From the IMG/VR virus record IMGVR_UViG_2778261394_000008, positions 1-39,391 of that record: a DNA stretch of 39,391 bases. One strand, given 5' to 3'. Shown here piece after piece: positions 23,071 to 33,121 of this stretch. The DNA comes from a virus. Its lineage: Duplodnaviria; Heunggongvirae; Uroviricota; Caudoviricetes. Below the pieces are notes generated by a model, which did not search any database, was not told the DNA's origin, and worked only from the letters and a program-made list of their open reading frames with translations. How positions within the stretch are numbered: the stretch's first letter is position 1; the number at the start of each line of letters is the position of its first letter. Made by a program: the position numbers and the translations under genes.

Positions 23071-24958
23071 TGCAGCCGGTGCGATAGCAACAGGGCTTGT
23101 ATCTCTCAATATTCCGGTACCACTGACGACAGTTCAGTGGGCTGATCAGCATTATTATCTGCCAAAAGAGTCTTCATATACTCCCGGGCAATGGGAAACA
23201 CTGCCGTTTCAGGTTGCCATCATGAACAGCATGGGGAATGACCGGATCCGCACCGTTAATCTGATTAAATCGGCGCGTGTTGGTTACACCAAAATGCTGT
23301 TGGGGGTGGAGGCTTATTTTATTGAACACAAATCCCGTAACAGCCTGCTTTTTCAGCCGACAGATTCTGCGGCAGAAGATTTTATGAAATCCCATGTCGA
23401 ACCAACGATAAGAGACGTTCCTGTATTACTGGAGCTGGCTCCGTGGTTTGGCAGAAAACATCGGGACAACACGCTTACCCTGAAACGTTTCTCCTCCGGT
23501 GTGGGATTCTGGTGTCTGGGCGGAGCTGCTGCCAAAAACTACCGTGAAAAATCTGTGGATGTGGTCTGCTATGACGAACTCTCCTCGTTTGAACCGGATG
23601 TGGAAAAAGAAGGTTCACCAACTCTGCTTGGTGATAAGCGTATCGAAGGTTCGGTATGGCCTAAATCCATACGCGGCTCAACGCCCAAAATTAAAGGTTT
23701 TTGCCAGATTGAAAAAGCCGCGAACGAATCTGCACATTTTATGCGGTTTTATGTGCCATGCCCTCATTGTGGTGAAGCCCAGTATCTGAAGTTTGGCGAT
23801 GATGCGACAACCTTTGGCCTGAAATGGGAGAAGGGCAAGCCGGAGACGGTGTATTACCTGTGTGAACATAATGGCTGCGTGATCCGTCAGTCGGAACTTG
23901 ACCATACCGACGGGCGGTGGATTTGTGACAATACCGGGATGTGGACGCGTGACGGTCTGACATTTTACAGCGCCGGTGATGAGGAAATCCCGCCACCGCG
24001 CTCAATCTCGTACCACATCTGGACGGCATACAGCCCGTTCACCACCTGGGTACAGATTGTTTATGACTGGCTTGATGCACTGAAGGATCCGAATGGCGTC
24101 AAGACGTTCATTAACACCACGCTGGGGGAGCCTTATGAAGAGGCTGTGGCAGAAAAACTGAGCTTTGAGTTGTTGCTGGAAAAAGTCTGCCACTATGATG
24201 CGCAGGTTCCCCTGCGGGTGGTTTACCTGACCGCAGGGATCGACTCACAGAAAAACCGTTATGAGATTTATGTCTGGGGCTGGGCTCCCGGCGAAGAAGC
24301 TTTTCTGATTGACAAGCAGATCATCATGGGGAGACCGGAAGATGAGGACACCCTTAAACGCGTTGATGCCGTGATCCGGAAAAAATACCGTCATGCAGAT
24401 GGCACTGAAATTTCCATTTCCCGCGTCTGCTGGGATACCGGTGGTATTGACCAGGACATTGTGTATCAGCGTTCCAGAAAACACGGCACTTTTTTTGTGC
24501 TCCCCATCAAAGGGGCATCGGTGTACGGCAAGCCGGTGATCACCATGCCAAAAAAGCGAAACCAGCGTGGGGTGTTTTTGTGTGAGGTGGGTTCCGATAC
24601 CGTCAAGGAAATGCTGTATGCGCGTTTTGCCCTGCCGGTGGTATCTGCCAGTGAAGCCGCACCGTATACCTTCCGTTTTCCGGATAACCCTGACATTTTT
24701 TCTGATGTTGAAGCTAAACAACTCGTGGCAGAAGAGCTGGTTGAAAAAGTTGTGAACGGGCGGGTGAAACTCCAGTGGGATGCCAGAAAACGGCGTAATG
24801 AAGCTCTGGACTGTCTGGTGTATGCCTATGCAGCGCTGCGCATTTCCGTTCAGCGGTGGCAACTGGATCTGGATGTACTGGCCCGCGCCAGAAGAGATGA
24901 ACAGGACGACGATGAAATGACTATTGAAGAAATCGCGGCTGCTCTGAGTGGAGGATAA
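23042..24958 (+). CDS. A: Terminase large subunit (lambda A-like)
   Basis: About 638 aa; high similarity to lambda gpA along the whole length (e.g. [36 protein letters not shown]). Confidence 0.95.
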   Translation: MISDAQKAANAAGAIATGLVSLNIPVPLTTVQWADQHYYLPKESSYTPGQWETLPFQVAIMNSMGNDRIRTVNLIKSARVGYTKMLLGVEAYFIEHKSRNSLLFQPTDSAAEDFMKSHVEPTIRDVPVLLELAPWFGRKHRDNTLTLKRFSSGVGFWCLGGAAAKNYREKSVDVVCYDELSSFEPDVEKEGSPTLLGDKRIEGSVWPKSIRGSTPKIKGFCQIEKAANESAHFMRFYVPCPHCGEAQYLKFGDDATTFGLKWEKGKPETVYYLCEHNGCVIRQSELDHTDGRWICDNTGMWTRDGLTFYSAGDEEIPPPRSISYHIWTAYSPFTTWVQIVYDWLDALKDPNGVKTFINTTLGEPYEEAVAEKLSFELLLEKVCHYDAQVPLRVVYLTAGIDSQKNRYEIYVWGWAPGEEAFLIDKQIIMGRPEDEDTLKRVDAVIRKKYRHADGTEISISRVCWDTGGIDQDIVYQRSRKHGTFFVLPIKGASVYGKPVITMPKKRNQRGVFLCEVGSDTVKEMLYARFALPVVSASEAAPYTFRFPDNPDIFSDVEAKQLVAEELVEKVVNGRVKLQWDARKRRNEALDCLVYAYAALRISVQRWQLDLDVLARARRDEQDDDEMTIEEIAAALSGG

Positions 24959-24961
24959 GTG

Positions 24962-25171
24962 ATGATTTATACGCATGAAATGCTATGCGATGCCCGCCGG
25001 GCGTTACATGAACTGATGATCGGACGTGCTGTGGTTTCCGTCAGCAAGGACGGGCGTCAGGTTCAGTATTCGCGGGCGACAATTGGTGAACTGCGTCAGT
25101 ATATTGAAGAGCTGGAAAGTGCGCTGGGTGTATCCGGACGGCGTCGTGGTCCGGCAGGAGTGGGGCTGTGA
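24962..25171 (+). CDS. W: Head-tail joining protein W
   Basis: 69 aa; GGAGGA SD; similar to lambda gpW (ARRALHELM, RRRGPAG). Confidence 0.85.
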   Translation: MIYTHEMLCDARRALHELMIGRAVVSVSKDGRQVQYSRATIGELRQYIEELESALGVSGRRRGPAGVGL

Positions 25172-26739
25172 ACGGGGAACTGGTGGATATTCATGGGCAG
25201 CCTTTACGGCAAGGCATGGGATATTCTGGTGGTGGTTCCGGGGTCGGTGGGCAAATGGCAGAATGGCTGCCTGCACCGGAAAGTGCCGACGTGGCGCTCT
25301 TACCTTCCATTCATCTGGGTAACGCCCGCGCGGATGATCTGGTCCGTAACAACGGTATTGCATCGAATGCAGTGGAAATTCATAAGGATCATATTGTCGG
25401 GCACATGTTTCGTCTGAGTTACCGTCCCAACTGGCGCTGGCTGGGGATGTCGGAAGCAGATTCACATGCTTTTATTGAAGATGTTGAGGCGGCGTGGATG
25501 GAATACTGCGATCCGGTGTTTGGTACGATGGATGTGGAAGGGCGTCGTTCGTTTACCGAATTCATTCGTGAAGGGGTGGGGGTCCATACGTTTAACGGTG
25601 AAATTTTTGTCCAGCCCGTATGGGATGCGGAATCCACGTCATTATTCCGGACGAAATTCAAAACCATCAGCCCGAAGCGTGTCAGTACACCCGGTTATGG
25701 TACCGGCGATCGTTTTATGCGTGCCGGGGTGGAAATAAACCGACACGGAAAAGCGCTGGCCTACCATGTTCAGGATGATGACTGGCCCGGCTACGGTGTC
25801 AGTAAATGGACACGAATTACGGCAACACTGCCTTCCGGACGACCGGGAATGATCCATGTGTTTCAGCCACAGGAAGACGGGCAGACCCGCGGGGCCAACC
25901 AGTTTTATTCTGTAATGGAGCGTCTCAAGATGCTCGACACACTGCAGGCCACGCAACTGCAGTCGGCGGTGGTTCGCGCCATGTATGCCGCCACGATTGA
26001 ATCCACACTGGATTCGGAAAAAGCGTTTGAATATATCGCCGGGGTGGGAGATGGAGGTAAAAATCCCCTGAACACCATCATGAAAGGCTACGCGCGTTAT
26101 TACGCCACCAATACGGTAAAACTGGGCGGGGTCCGTATTCCGCATCTTTACCCGGGAGATTCACTGAATCTGCAGACAGCCCAGAATGCGGATAATGGTT
26201 TTTCTGAACTGGAAAAGGCGCTGTTACGTTACATTGCTGCCGGACTGGGTGTGTCGTATGAGCAGCTTTCCCGGGATTATTCACAGGTCAGTTATTCCAG
26301 TGCCAGGGCATCCGCCAATGAGTCGTGGCGGTATTTTATGGGAAAACGAAAATTTGTGGCCAGTCGCCTGGCGTCACAGATGTTTGCCTGCTGGCTGGAG
26401 GAAGCCCTTATTCGTGGTGTGATCCGTCCGCCGAAATCCCGTTTCTCATTCTGGGAGGCCCGTTCCGGGTGGTGCCGTGCCGAGTGGATTGGTGCCGGTC
26501 GTATGGCGATTGATGGTCTTAAGGAAGTGCAGGAAGCGGTGATGCGCATTGAAGGCGGCCTGAGTACATACGAGAAAGAGCTGGCCCTGATGGGGGATGA
26601 CTATCAGGAGATTTTCCGCCAGCAGCTACGGGAAACTCAGGAGCGACAGGCTGCCGGTCTTCCGCGTCCGGTCTGGATAAAGGACGCGTTTCAACAGCAG
26701 ATCCGACAGACAACGGGAGAAAAAGGCGATGCGCTGTAA
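25168..26739 (+). CDS. B: Portal protein (lambda B-like)
   Basis: 523 aa, GTG start overlapping the W stop; similarity to lambda gpB throughout. Confidence 0.93.
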   Translation: MNGELVDIHGQPLRQGMGYSGGGSGVGGQMAEWLPAPESADVALLPSIHLGNARADDLVRNNGIASNAVEIHKDHIVGHMFRLSYRPNWRWLGMSEADSHAFIEDVEAAWMEYCDPVFGTMDVEGRRSFTEFIREGVGVHTFNGEIFVQPVWDAESTSLFRTKFKTISPKRVSTPGYGTGDRFMRAGVEINRHGKALAYHVQDDDWPGYGVSKWTRITATLPSGRPGMIHVFQPQEDGQTRGANQFYSVMERLKMLDTLQATQLQSAVVRAMYAATIESTLDSEKAFEYIAGVGDGGKNPLNTIMKGYARYYATNTVKLGGVRIPHLYPGDSLNLQTAQNADNGFSELEKALLRYIAAGLGVSYEQLSRDYSQVSYSSARASANESWRYFMGKRKFVASRLASQMFACWLEEALIRGVIRPPKSRFSFWEARSGWCRAEWIGAGRMAIDGLKEVQEAVMRIEGGLSTYEKELALMGDDYQEIFRQQLRETQERQAAGLPRPVWIKDAFQQQIRQTTGEKGDAL

Positions 26740-28345
26740 TTTATCACATATTGCCGCGATGGCATTTAATGAGCCGCTTTTACTGGAACCCGCCTATGCG
26801 CGGGTTTTCTTTTGCGCACTGGGTAAGGAGATGGGGGCGGGCAGCCTTGCCGTTCCGCAGCAGGCCGTTCAGCTTGATGCCGATGGTATGCAGCTGGCGG
26901 TTACCGATTATATGACTGGTGGTCCGCGTCCGGTAAAGAGTTACCAGGTGAAAAATGGTATTGCCATTCTGCCGGTGAGCGGCACGCTGGTACATAAAAT
27001 GGGTACCCTGCGGCCATATTCCGGTATGACCGGTTATGACGGTCTGACTGCCCGTCTTAAGTCAGCGGTGAACGACCCGGATGTACGCGGCATTTTACTG
27101 GATATCGACAGTCCGGGCGGTCAGGCTGCCGGGGCGTTTGACTGTGCTGACATGATTTACCGTCTGCGGGAACAGAAGCCCGTGTGGGCGCTGTGTAATG
27201 ACATGGCCTGTTCAGCCGCCATGTTGCTGGCGGCGGCCTGTACGCGTCGGCTGGTCACGCAGACGGCAAAAATTGGTTCGATTGGTGTGATGATGGCGCA
27301 CACCAGTTACGAGAAACAACTGGCACAGGAAGGCGTGGATATCACGCTGATTTACTCCGGGCAGCACAAGGTTGACGGCAACAGTATTCAGGCGTTGCCG
27401 ACAGGTGTGCGTGCGGATTTTCAGCGCCGTATTGATGAGGCCCGCCGGATGTTTGTCGACAAGGTGGCACTTTATACGGGGCTGAGTTCAGAGGTGGTGA
27501 TGAATACCGAGGCTGCCGTTTATGACGGTCAGGCAGGCATTGATACAGGCCTGGCTGATCAACTGATTAATGCTGCAGATGCCGTTGATGTAATGGTTTC
27601 TGCTCTGAACGACTCTGTTACACAGGAGAATACGATGACAACAAAAAATCTCACCGTTGCTGAAGCGGTGTCCCAGGAAAATCAGCGCGTGATGGGGATC
27701 CTGAATTGTCAGGAGGCGAAAGGACGCGAAAAACTGGCGCAGATGCTGGCAGGTCAGCAGGGAATGTCAGTTGAGCAGGCAAAAACATTACTGGCGGCAG
27801 CACCGGTTGCCGGTACTGACAGCACAGGCGATCAGATTATGGCACTTCCGGAAGCAAAAGGGCGTGAACAACTGGCACGGACGCTGGCTGAACAGCCGGG
27901 AATGACGGTGGAGCAGGCGAAAACGTTACTGGCAGCGGCACCGGTTTCCGGTGCGGCAAGTACCGGCGAGCAGATTATGGCACTTTCGGAAGCAAAAGGG
28001 CGTGAACAACTCGCACAGGCGCTGGCTGAACAGCCGGGAATGACGGTGGAACAGGCGAAAATGCTACTGGTAGCGGCACCGGCAACCGGTACGGCAAGTA
28101 CCGGCGATCAGATTATTGCGTTGCCGGAAGCAAAAGGACGCGAACAACTGGCACAGGCGCTGGCTGAACAGCCGGGAATGACAGTGGAGCGGGCGAAAAC
28201 GCTGCTGGCAGCTGCGCCATCAGTATCGCAACCGTCACAGGTAACACTTTTTGAGCGCTTCATGGCACAGCATGCCGCCAGTGCCGTTTCCGGTGGCGGA
28301 ACTGCCGGGAACGGGGAAGAAGAACTGCTGATGAGTATGCCGTAA
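26729..28345 (+). CDS. C: Head maturation protease / minor capsid protein C (S49-like) with C-terminal scaffold region
   Basis: 538 aa; N-terminal half similar to lambda gpC (HIAAMAFNEPLLLEPAYARVFFCAL); C-terminal part contains tandem repeats. Confidence 0.9.
   Translation: MRCNLSHIAAMAFNEPLLLEPAYARVFFCALGKEMGAGSLAVPQQAVQLDADGMQLAVTDYMTGGPRPVKSYQVKNGIAILPVSGTLVHKMGTLRPYSGMTGYDGLTARLKSAVNDPDVRGILLDIDSPGGQAAGAFDCADMIYRLREQKPVWALCNDMACSAAMLLAAACTRRLVTQTAKIGSIGVMMAHTSYEKQLAQEGVDITLIYSGQHKVDGNSIQALPTGVRADFQRRIDEARRMFVDKVALYTGLSSEVVMNTEAAVYDGQAGIDTGLADQLINAADAVDVMVSALNDSVTQENTMTTKNLTVAEAVSQENQRVMGILNCQEAKGREKLAQMLAGQQGMSVEQAKTLLAAAPVAGTDSTGDQIMALPEAKGREQLARTLAEQPGMTVEQAKTLLAAAPVSGAASTGEQIMALSEAKGREQLAQALAEQPGMTVEQAKMLLVAAPATGTASTGDQIIALPEAKGREQLAQALAEQPGMTVERAKTLLAAAPSVSQPSQVTLFERFMAQHAASAVSGGGTAGNGEEELLMSMP
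27636..28345 (+). CDS. Nu3: Nested in-frame scaffold protein (Nu3-like) from an internal start within C
   Basis: Internal ATG at 27636 preceded by AGGAGA SD, in the same frame as C, as in the lambda C/Nu3 arrangement. Confidence 0.55.
27711..28230 (+). repeat. Tandem ~138-bp in-frame repeats (about 3.7 copies) within the C/Nu3 coding region
   Basis: Repeated peptide unit EAKGREQLAQALAEQPGMTVEQAKTLLAAAPxxGxxSTGDQIMAL, read directly from the sequence. Confidence 0.75.
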
Positions 28346-28385
28346 GCGGGGATCCGTGATTCAGATAAATCAGGAGACTGAGAAA

Positions 28386-28721
28386 ATGATTAAAACCACC
28401 ACAGAAAAGCGCGCGGACGGGCGCATTTTTGCCGGAAGCGATCCGGTGTATACCGCAACAGGTACCAGTGGTATCAGTGTTGCCACGCCTTCACTGACGC
28501 CACTGATGCTGGATGACGCCAGCGGAAAACTGGTGGCATGGGATGGTCAGAAAGCCGGAACGGCTGTGGGGGTGCTGGCACTGGCGCTGGCCGGGACCGA
28601 GCCCGTACTGACGTACTACAAAAGTGGTACGTTTGCCACCGAATCGCTGGTCTGGCCGGATTCGGTGGATGCGGTGAAAAAAGCCAACGCGTTTGTGGGA
28701 AGTGCCATCAGCCACGCCTGA
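28386..28721 (+). CDS. D: Head decoration protein D
   Basis: 111 aa; similar to lambda gpD (TPLMLD, KLVAWDG, YKSGTF). Confidence 0.9.
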   Translation: MIKTTTEKRADGRIFAGSDPVYTATGTSGISVATPSLTPLMLDDASGKLVAWDGQKAGTAVGVLALALAGTEPVLTYYKSGTFATESLVWPDSVDAVKKANAFVGSAISHA

Positions 28722-28743
28722 TGGTGAAGTGATTAACTGAAAA

Positions 28744-28775
28744 AACGGGTCGAGATACGGCCCGTTTGTGTTTTT
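28744..28775 (+). terminator. Hairpin plus T-rich tract between D and E (possible attenuator)
   Basis: Stem aacggg..cccgtt followed by tgtgttttt. Confidence 0.35.
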
Positions 28776-28790
28776 AAAGGAAAGTCAATT

Positions 28791-29819
28791 ATGGGGTTAT
28801 TTACCACGCGTCAGTTGCTCGGCTACACCGAGCAGAAAGTGAAATTCCGTGCGCTGTTTCTGGAGCTGTTTTTTCGTCGTACGGTCACTTTCCATACTCA
28901 GGAAGTGATGCTGGATAAAATCACCGGAAAAACACCGGTTGCGGCATATGTGTCTCCGGTTGTGTCAGGTAAGGTACTGCGCAGTCGTGGTGGTGAAACC
29001 CGCGTGTTACGCCCCGGCTATGTTAAACCAAAACACCGGCTGGATTATCAGCAGGCGGTGGAGCGTCTTCCGGGGGAAGATCCGGCCCGTCTTAATGACC
29101 CGGCCTACCGTCGCCTGCGTATTCTGACTGACAACCTGAAACAGGAAGAACAGGCGATTGTGCAGGTGGAAGAAATGCAGGCGGTCAGCGCTGTTCTGCA
29201 GGGTAAGTACACCATGAGCGGTGAACAGTTTGAGACGGTGGAAGTGGATTTTGGACGTTCTGCCGCCAATAACATTACGCAGGCAGGGGGACGCGAATGG
29301 TCAAAACAGAATGCTGACACCTTTGATCCGACGCATGATCTGGATGCGTACTGCGATTTTGCTTCCGGTACCATCAATATTGCGATTATGGACGGTACTG
29401 TCTGGCGTATGCTGAACGGTTTTAAACTGTTTCGTGAAAAACTGGATACCCGCCGTGGCTCAAAATCTGAACTGGAAACCGCGCTGAAAGATCTGGGGTC
29501 CGTGGTTTCTTTTAAAGGTTATTACGGTGATCTGGCCATCATGGTGGCGAAAACAACGTATGTTGATGAAAACGGGGATGAGCAGCGTTATCTGCCGGAA
29601 GGCACACTGATTCTTGGAAACACTCAGGTGGAGGGTGTCCGTTGTTATGGCGCAATCCAGGATAACCAGGCGCTGAGTGAAGGGATCACCTCTGCAATTC
29701 GTTATCCGAAACACTGGTTAGAGGTGGGGGACCCGGGGTGCGAATATACCATGACGCAGTCTGCGCCGTTGATGGTGTTGCCGGATCCGGACGCGTTTGT
29801 GGTGGTTCAGGTGAAATAA
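28791..29819 (+). CDS. E: Major capsid protein E
   Basis: 342 aa; strong similarity to lambda gpE. Confidence 0.95.
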   Translation: MGLFTTRQLLGYTEQKVKFRALFLELFFRRTVTFHTQEVMLDKITGKTPVAAYVSPVVSGKVLRSRGGETRVLRPGYVKPKHRLDYQQAVERLPGEDPARLNDPAYRRLRILTDNLKQEEQAIVQVEEMQAVSAVLQGKYTMSGEQFETVEVDFGRSAANNITQAGGREWSKQNADTFDPTHDLDAYCDFASGTINIAIMDGTVWRMLNGFKLFREKLDTRRGSKSELETALKDLGSVVSFKGYYGDLAIMVAKTTYVDENGDEQRYLPEGTLILGNTQVEGVRCYGAIQDNQALSEGITSAIRYPKHWLEVGDPGCEYTMTQSAPLMVLPDPDAFVVVQVK

Positions 29820-29824
29820 GGTCA

Positions 29825-29850
29825 GGCGGGATATTCCCGCCTTTTTCTTT
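29825..29850 (+). terminator. Rho-independent terminator-like hairpin after E
   Basis: ggcggga-tat-tcccgcc followed by tttttcttt. Confidence 0.55.
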
Positions 29851-29869
29851 ATCGCACAGGAGAGATGTG

Positions 29870-30250
29870 ATGACAAAAGAAGAAATAACAGCGCGTCTTC
29901 AGGAGCTGGCGGCAGTACTCGGGCGCGATGCCGATATTTCAGGCTCTAAAGCTGATCTTGAACAACGCCTGGCGGAGTGGGAAGAAGAATTAAGTGATGG
30001 TTCAGACGGCCTGTATAAGGATGATGAAGAACCACAACAAAAAAACGAAACACGATCCGAACGTGGGGAGAGTGAGAACCGAAATTCTGTGGATATGGTC
30101 ATGGTCAAAGCTGTGGTGATGTTACATGTCAATGCACTCCACGCCACACGGGATAACCCCGTGGCATTTGTACGTCCGGGAGAAGTGTTTCGTGTATCTG
30201 CCGTGGTGGCAGCCAGCATGGCAGAAAGTGGCCTCGTGAAAATGTGTTGA
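29870..30250 (+). CDS. FI: DNA packaging/head protein FI
   Basis: 126 aa from internal ATG (AGGAGAG SD); similar to lambda gpFI (MTKEEITARL, HVNALHATRDNPVAFV). Confidence 0.85.
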   Translation: MTKEEITARLQELAAVLGRDADISGSKADLEQRLAEWEEELSDGSDGLYKDDEEPQQKNETRSERGESENRNSVDMVMVKAVVMLHVNALHATRDNPVAFVRPGEVFRVSAVVAASMAESGLVKMC

Positions 30251-30263
30251 ATGTGGGGGAAAG

Positions 30264-30638
30264 GTGGCAGATTTCGATAATCCGTTTGATGCCGCCGTCG
30301 CCATGGCTGACGAGGTCATTCTTTGTCATATGGGGATTACGGCGGTAATTACGTCCGGTCAGCTTGAAGGAAAAACACTCAGGGGTGTTTTTGATGATCC
30401 TGAAAAAATTTCGTTCGTTGCCGGAGGAGTACGGTTTGAAGATTCTTCACCGTCTTTGTTTGTGAAAACAGCAGATATTACGGGACTGCGCCGTCTGGAT
30501 ACGCTGGAGGTTGGTGGGGATCTTTTTCGGGTGGATCGCATTACTCCGGACGACGGGGGATGCTGTTATATCCGCCTGCAACGGTGTGACAGTTCCCGGG
30601 GTGATATCAGTACGGGGCGATATTATGAAAGGTCTTGA
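30264..30638 (+). CDS. FII: Head-tail connector protein FII
   Basis: 124 aa, GTG start; N-terminus MADFDNPFDAA as in lambda gpFII. Confidence 0.85.
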   Translation: MADFDNPFDAAVAMADEVILCHMGITAVITSGQLEGKTLRGVFDDPEKISFVAGGVRFEDSSPSLFVKTADITGLRRLDTLEVGGDLFRVDRITPDDGGCCYIRLQRCDSSRGDISTGRYYERS

Positions 30639-31203
30639 AAACGCCATCCGTAATCTGGACATCCTTGATACCCGTATGGTGCCACAGGCCAGCGCCTGGG
30701 CAATAAATCGTGTGGCACAGAAAGCCATTTCTCAGGCTACCCGACAGGTTGCCCGCGATACCGTAGCCGGTGATAACCAGGTGAAGGGGATCCCCCTGAA
30801 ACTGGTACGTCAGCGTGTCCGGGTGTTTAAAGCCAGTCCGTCAGGAAAAATGACGGCCAGGATCCGCGTTAACCGGGGCAATCTGCCCGCCATTAAGCTG
30901 GGGGCTGCACAGGTCAGAATGACCCGGCGTGGTGGCAGGTTACATTACCGTGGCAGTGTGCTGAAAGTGGGAAAATATCTTTTCCGGAATGCCTTTGTCC
31001 AGCAACTGGCGAACGGTCGCTGGCATGTGATGCGGCGTATTGACGGCAAAAATCGTTACCCCATTGATGTGGTGAAAATTCCGCTGTCCGGTCCGCTGAC
31101 ACAGGCATTTGAGGATGCCCGTAAAAGCGTCATTGATAACGAGATGCCGAAACAGCTGGGGTATGCCCTGAAACAACAACTGAGGTCATATCTGAACCTA
31201 TGA
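30625..31203 (+). CDS. Z: Tail completion protein Z
   Basis: 192 aa from ATG at 30625 (MKGLENAIRNL); overlaps FII 3' end; similar to lambda gpZ. Confidence 0.85.
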   Translation: MKGLENAIRNLDILDTRMVPQASAWAINRVAQKAISQATRQVARDTVAGDNQVKGIPLKLVRQRVRVFKASPSGKMTARIRVNRGNLPAIKLGAAQVRMTRRGGRLHYRGSVLKVGKYLFRNAFVQQLANGRWHVMRRIDGKNRYPIDVVKIPLSGPLTQAFEDARKSVIDNEMPKQLGYALKQQLRSYLNL

Positions 31204-31601
31204 ACCGACACACACAAATTCGTCAGGCCGTATTGTCGCGCCTGAAAACGACGTGCGGGGAGAAGACCGTCCTGTTTGACGGCCTTCCTGCCTTTATTGA
31301 TGCGCAGGAGCTGCCTGCTGTGGCGGTGTGGCTGAGTGATGCACAGTACACCGGAAAAATGACGGATGAGGATGACTGGCTGGCAGTTCTGCATGTCGCC
31401 GTCTTTATCCGTGCACAGGCACCGGATTCTGATCTGGATACGTGGATGGACAACATTATTTACCCGGCACTGGAGGATATTCCGGCGCTTTACGGCCTTA
31501 TCGATACCATGATCCCACGGGGATTTAACTATCAGCGTGATAACGATATGGCAACATGGGCGATGGCGGAAATCACGTATCAAATCACATATACAAATTA
31601 A
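31200..31601 (+). CDS. U: Tail terminator protein U
   Basis: 133 aa; ATGA overlap with the Z stop; similar to lambda gpU. Confidence 0.9.
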   Translation: MNRHTQIRQAVLSRLKTTCGEKTVLFDGLPAFIDAQELPAVAVWLSDAQYTGKMTDEDDWLAVLHVAVFIRAQAPDSDLDTWMDNIIYPALEDIPALYGLIDTMIPRGFNYQRDNDMATWAMAEITYQITYTN

Positions 31602-31611
31602 GGGGTGGGAA

Positions 31612-32352
31612 ATGACGACACCGAATCCACTTGAAAAAATGAAAGGGGCGGGGACGACGTTCTGGATGTATACCGGCAAGGGCGACGCATTTGCGAATCC
31701 TTTGTCAGATACGGACTGGCTGCGCCTCGCGATGGTGAAGGATCTGCAGCCGGGGGAAATGACTGCAGATGCGGAAGATGACGATTATCTCGATGATGAA
31801 AATGCTGACTGGAAAACGACAACTCAGGGGCAAAAATCTGTTGGTGATACATCCGCGACGCTGGCCTGGCGTCCGGGTGACAGCGGACAGAAAAAACTGA
31901 TTCAGTTGTTTGATTCCGGTGAAGTTCGTGCATTCCGCATTAAATACCCTAACGGTACCGTTGATGTGTTCCGCGGCTGGCTGAGTTCGCTGGGTAAAAC
32001 CATTACGTCAAAAGATGTGATGACCCGTACGGTTAAAATCAGCGGTGTGGGGCGTCCGTATCTGGCTGAGGAGGGGACTGAAATTGTGGGGGTGACCGGG
32101 CTGACAGTAATGCCGGTTTCCGCCAGTGTCAGAGTGGGGGCAACGACGACGCTGACATTTAGCACAGTACCGGAAGATGCATCTGATAAAACGGTGAGTG
32201 TGGCGTCATCATCTCCTGATATCGCCACGGTTACGCTGAGTGGCATGGTGGCCACGGTGAAAGGTGTGAAAGCGGGCAGCACCTCGATTGTGGGGATGAC
32301 TGCGGGTGGTGCGCAGGTTGCTGTGGCCGGTATTACCGTTAATGGTGATTAA
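31612..32352 (+). CDS. V: Major tail protein V (with C-terminal Ig-like domain)
   Basis: 246 aa from ATG at 31612; similar to lambda gpV (KGAGTTFWMY, FRGWLSS). Confidence 0.95.
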   Translation: MTTPNPLEKMKGAGTTFWMYTGKGDAFANPLSDTDWLRLAMVKDLQPGEMTADAEDDDYLDDENADWKTTTQGQKSVGDTSATLAWRPGDSGQKKLIQLFDSGEVRAFRIKYPNGTVDVFRGWLSSLGKTITSKDVMTRTVKISGVGRPYLAEEGTEIVGVTGLTVMPVSASVRVGATTTLTFSTVPEDASDKTVSVASSSPDIATVTLSGMVATVKGVKAGSTSIVGMTAGGAQVAVAGITVNGD

Positions 32353-32370
32353 CCTGGCAGTCTGTTTTTT

Positions 32371-32393
32371 ACCCCGGTATGCCGGGGTTTTTT
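32371..32393 (+). terminator. Rho-independent terminator-like hairpin after V
   Basis: accccgg-tatg-ccggggt followed by tttttt. Confidence 0.55.
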
Positions 32394-32408
32394 GTTTACG
32401 GAGGGGAC

Positions 32409-32798
32409 ATGTTTCTGAAACAGGACACATTTAACTACGGTAATCAGTCTGTGGTACTGACGGAATTATCCGGACTTCAGCGGGTGGAGTATCTGGCGTT
32501 TGTCCAGAAACGGACAGCTGAGTTTGACGCCCTGGATGATGCCATGCCGGTGGCGGATCGTCAGATTGAATTTCTGCGTATGGGGATGGATATCAATGCC
32601 TGGCTGGTTTCCAGGTCAATGTGGAATACGGACCCGTCACAGGATGTGGATGCGCTGAATGAGGATGTAAAAAACACCTGGTCTTATGACGCGCTTGGCG
32701 ACGGGGGCAGTCTGGTTTTATCCCTGAGTGGTATGCCGGTCTCCACCGGTGATGTTCAGAACGGTGAACAGGTTCCCCTGACACCGGAAAAGTCCTGA
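32409..32798 (+). CDS. G: Tail assembly chaperone G
   Basis: 129 aa from ATG at 32409 (GGAGGGG SD); position and similarity to lambda gpG. Confidence 0.85.
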   Translation: MFLKQDTFNYGNQSVVLTELSGLQRVEYLAFVQKRTAEFDALDDAMPVADRQIEFLRMGMDINAWLVSRSMWNTDPSQDVDALNEDVKNTWSYDALGDGGSLVLSLSGMPVSTGDVQNGEQVPLTPEKS

Positions 32799-33121
32799 CG
32801 CGGGAGATGCAGTTTGTGATGCAGCTTGCCCGTGAGTTCCGGCGGGCAGACTGGCGGCGGATGTTATCAGAAATGTCAGCGTCAGAACTGGGCGAATGGG
32901 GGGATTTCTTCCGGAAGCAGAGTTTCGGGGATATCTGGCTGGATGCACAGATTTCCACACTGAAGTCGCTGATGGTTCAGATGGTGTCCGGTGAACGTAT
33001 TCCGGCGGATGATTTCAGTCTGGTTACGGATGACAGGGTGATCCCTGAACGCACGGATGAAGAGCTGATGCATCTGGGGGAAGGTATATCGGGAGGAATG
33101 AGATTTGGACCAGATTGCTGA
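32768..33121 (+). CDS. T: T segment of the G-T tail assembly chaperone, expected to be expressed by -1 programmed frameshift from G
   Basis: The -1 frame is open from 32768 to 33121 and overlaps the end of G; candidate slip site G GAA AAG at 32786-32792 corresponds to lambda's G GGA AAG. Confidence 0.6.
   Translation, partial: TGSPDTGKVLTREMQFVMQLAREFRRADWRRMLSEMSASELGEWGDFFRKQSFGDIWLDAQISTLKSLMVQMVSGERIPADDFSLVTDDRVIPERTDEELMHLGEGISGGMRFGPDC

Noticed and set aside
24245-24976. 243-aa minus-strand ORF
   Set aside because: Lies entirely antisense within the terminase large subunit gene, which has unambiguous lambda gpA similarity; shadow ORF.
27711-28230. Tandem repeats considered as a possible CRISPR array
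   Set aside because: The repeat unit is about 138 bp with no unique spacers and is in-frame coding sequence inside the C/Nu3 gene; no cas genes in the window.
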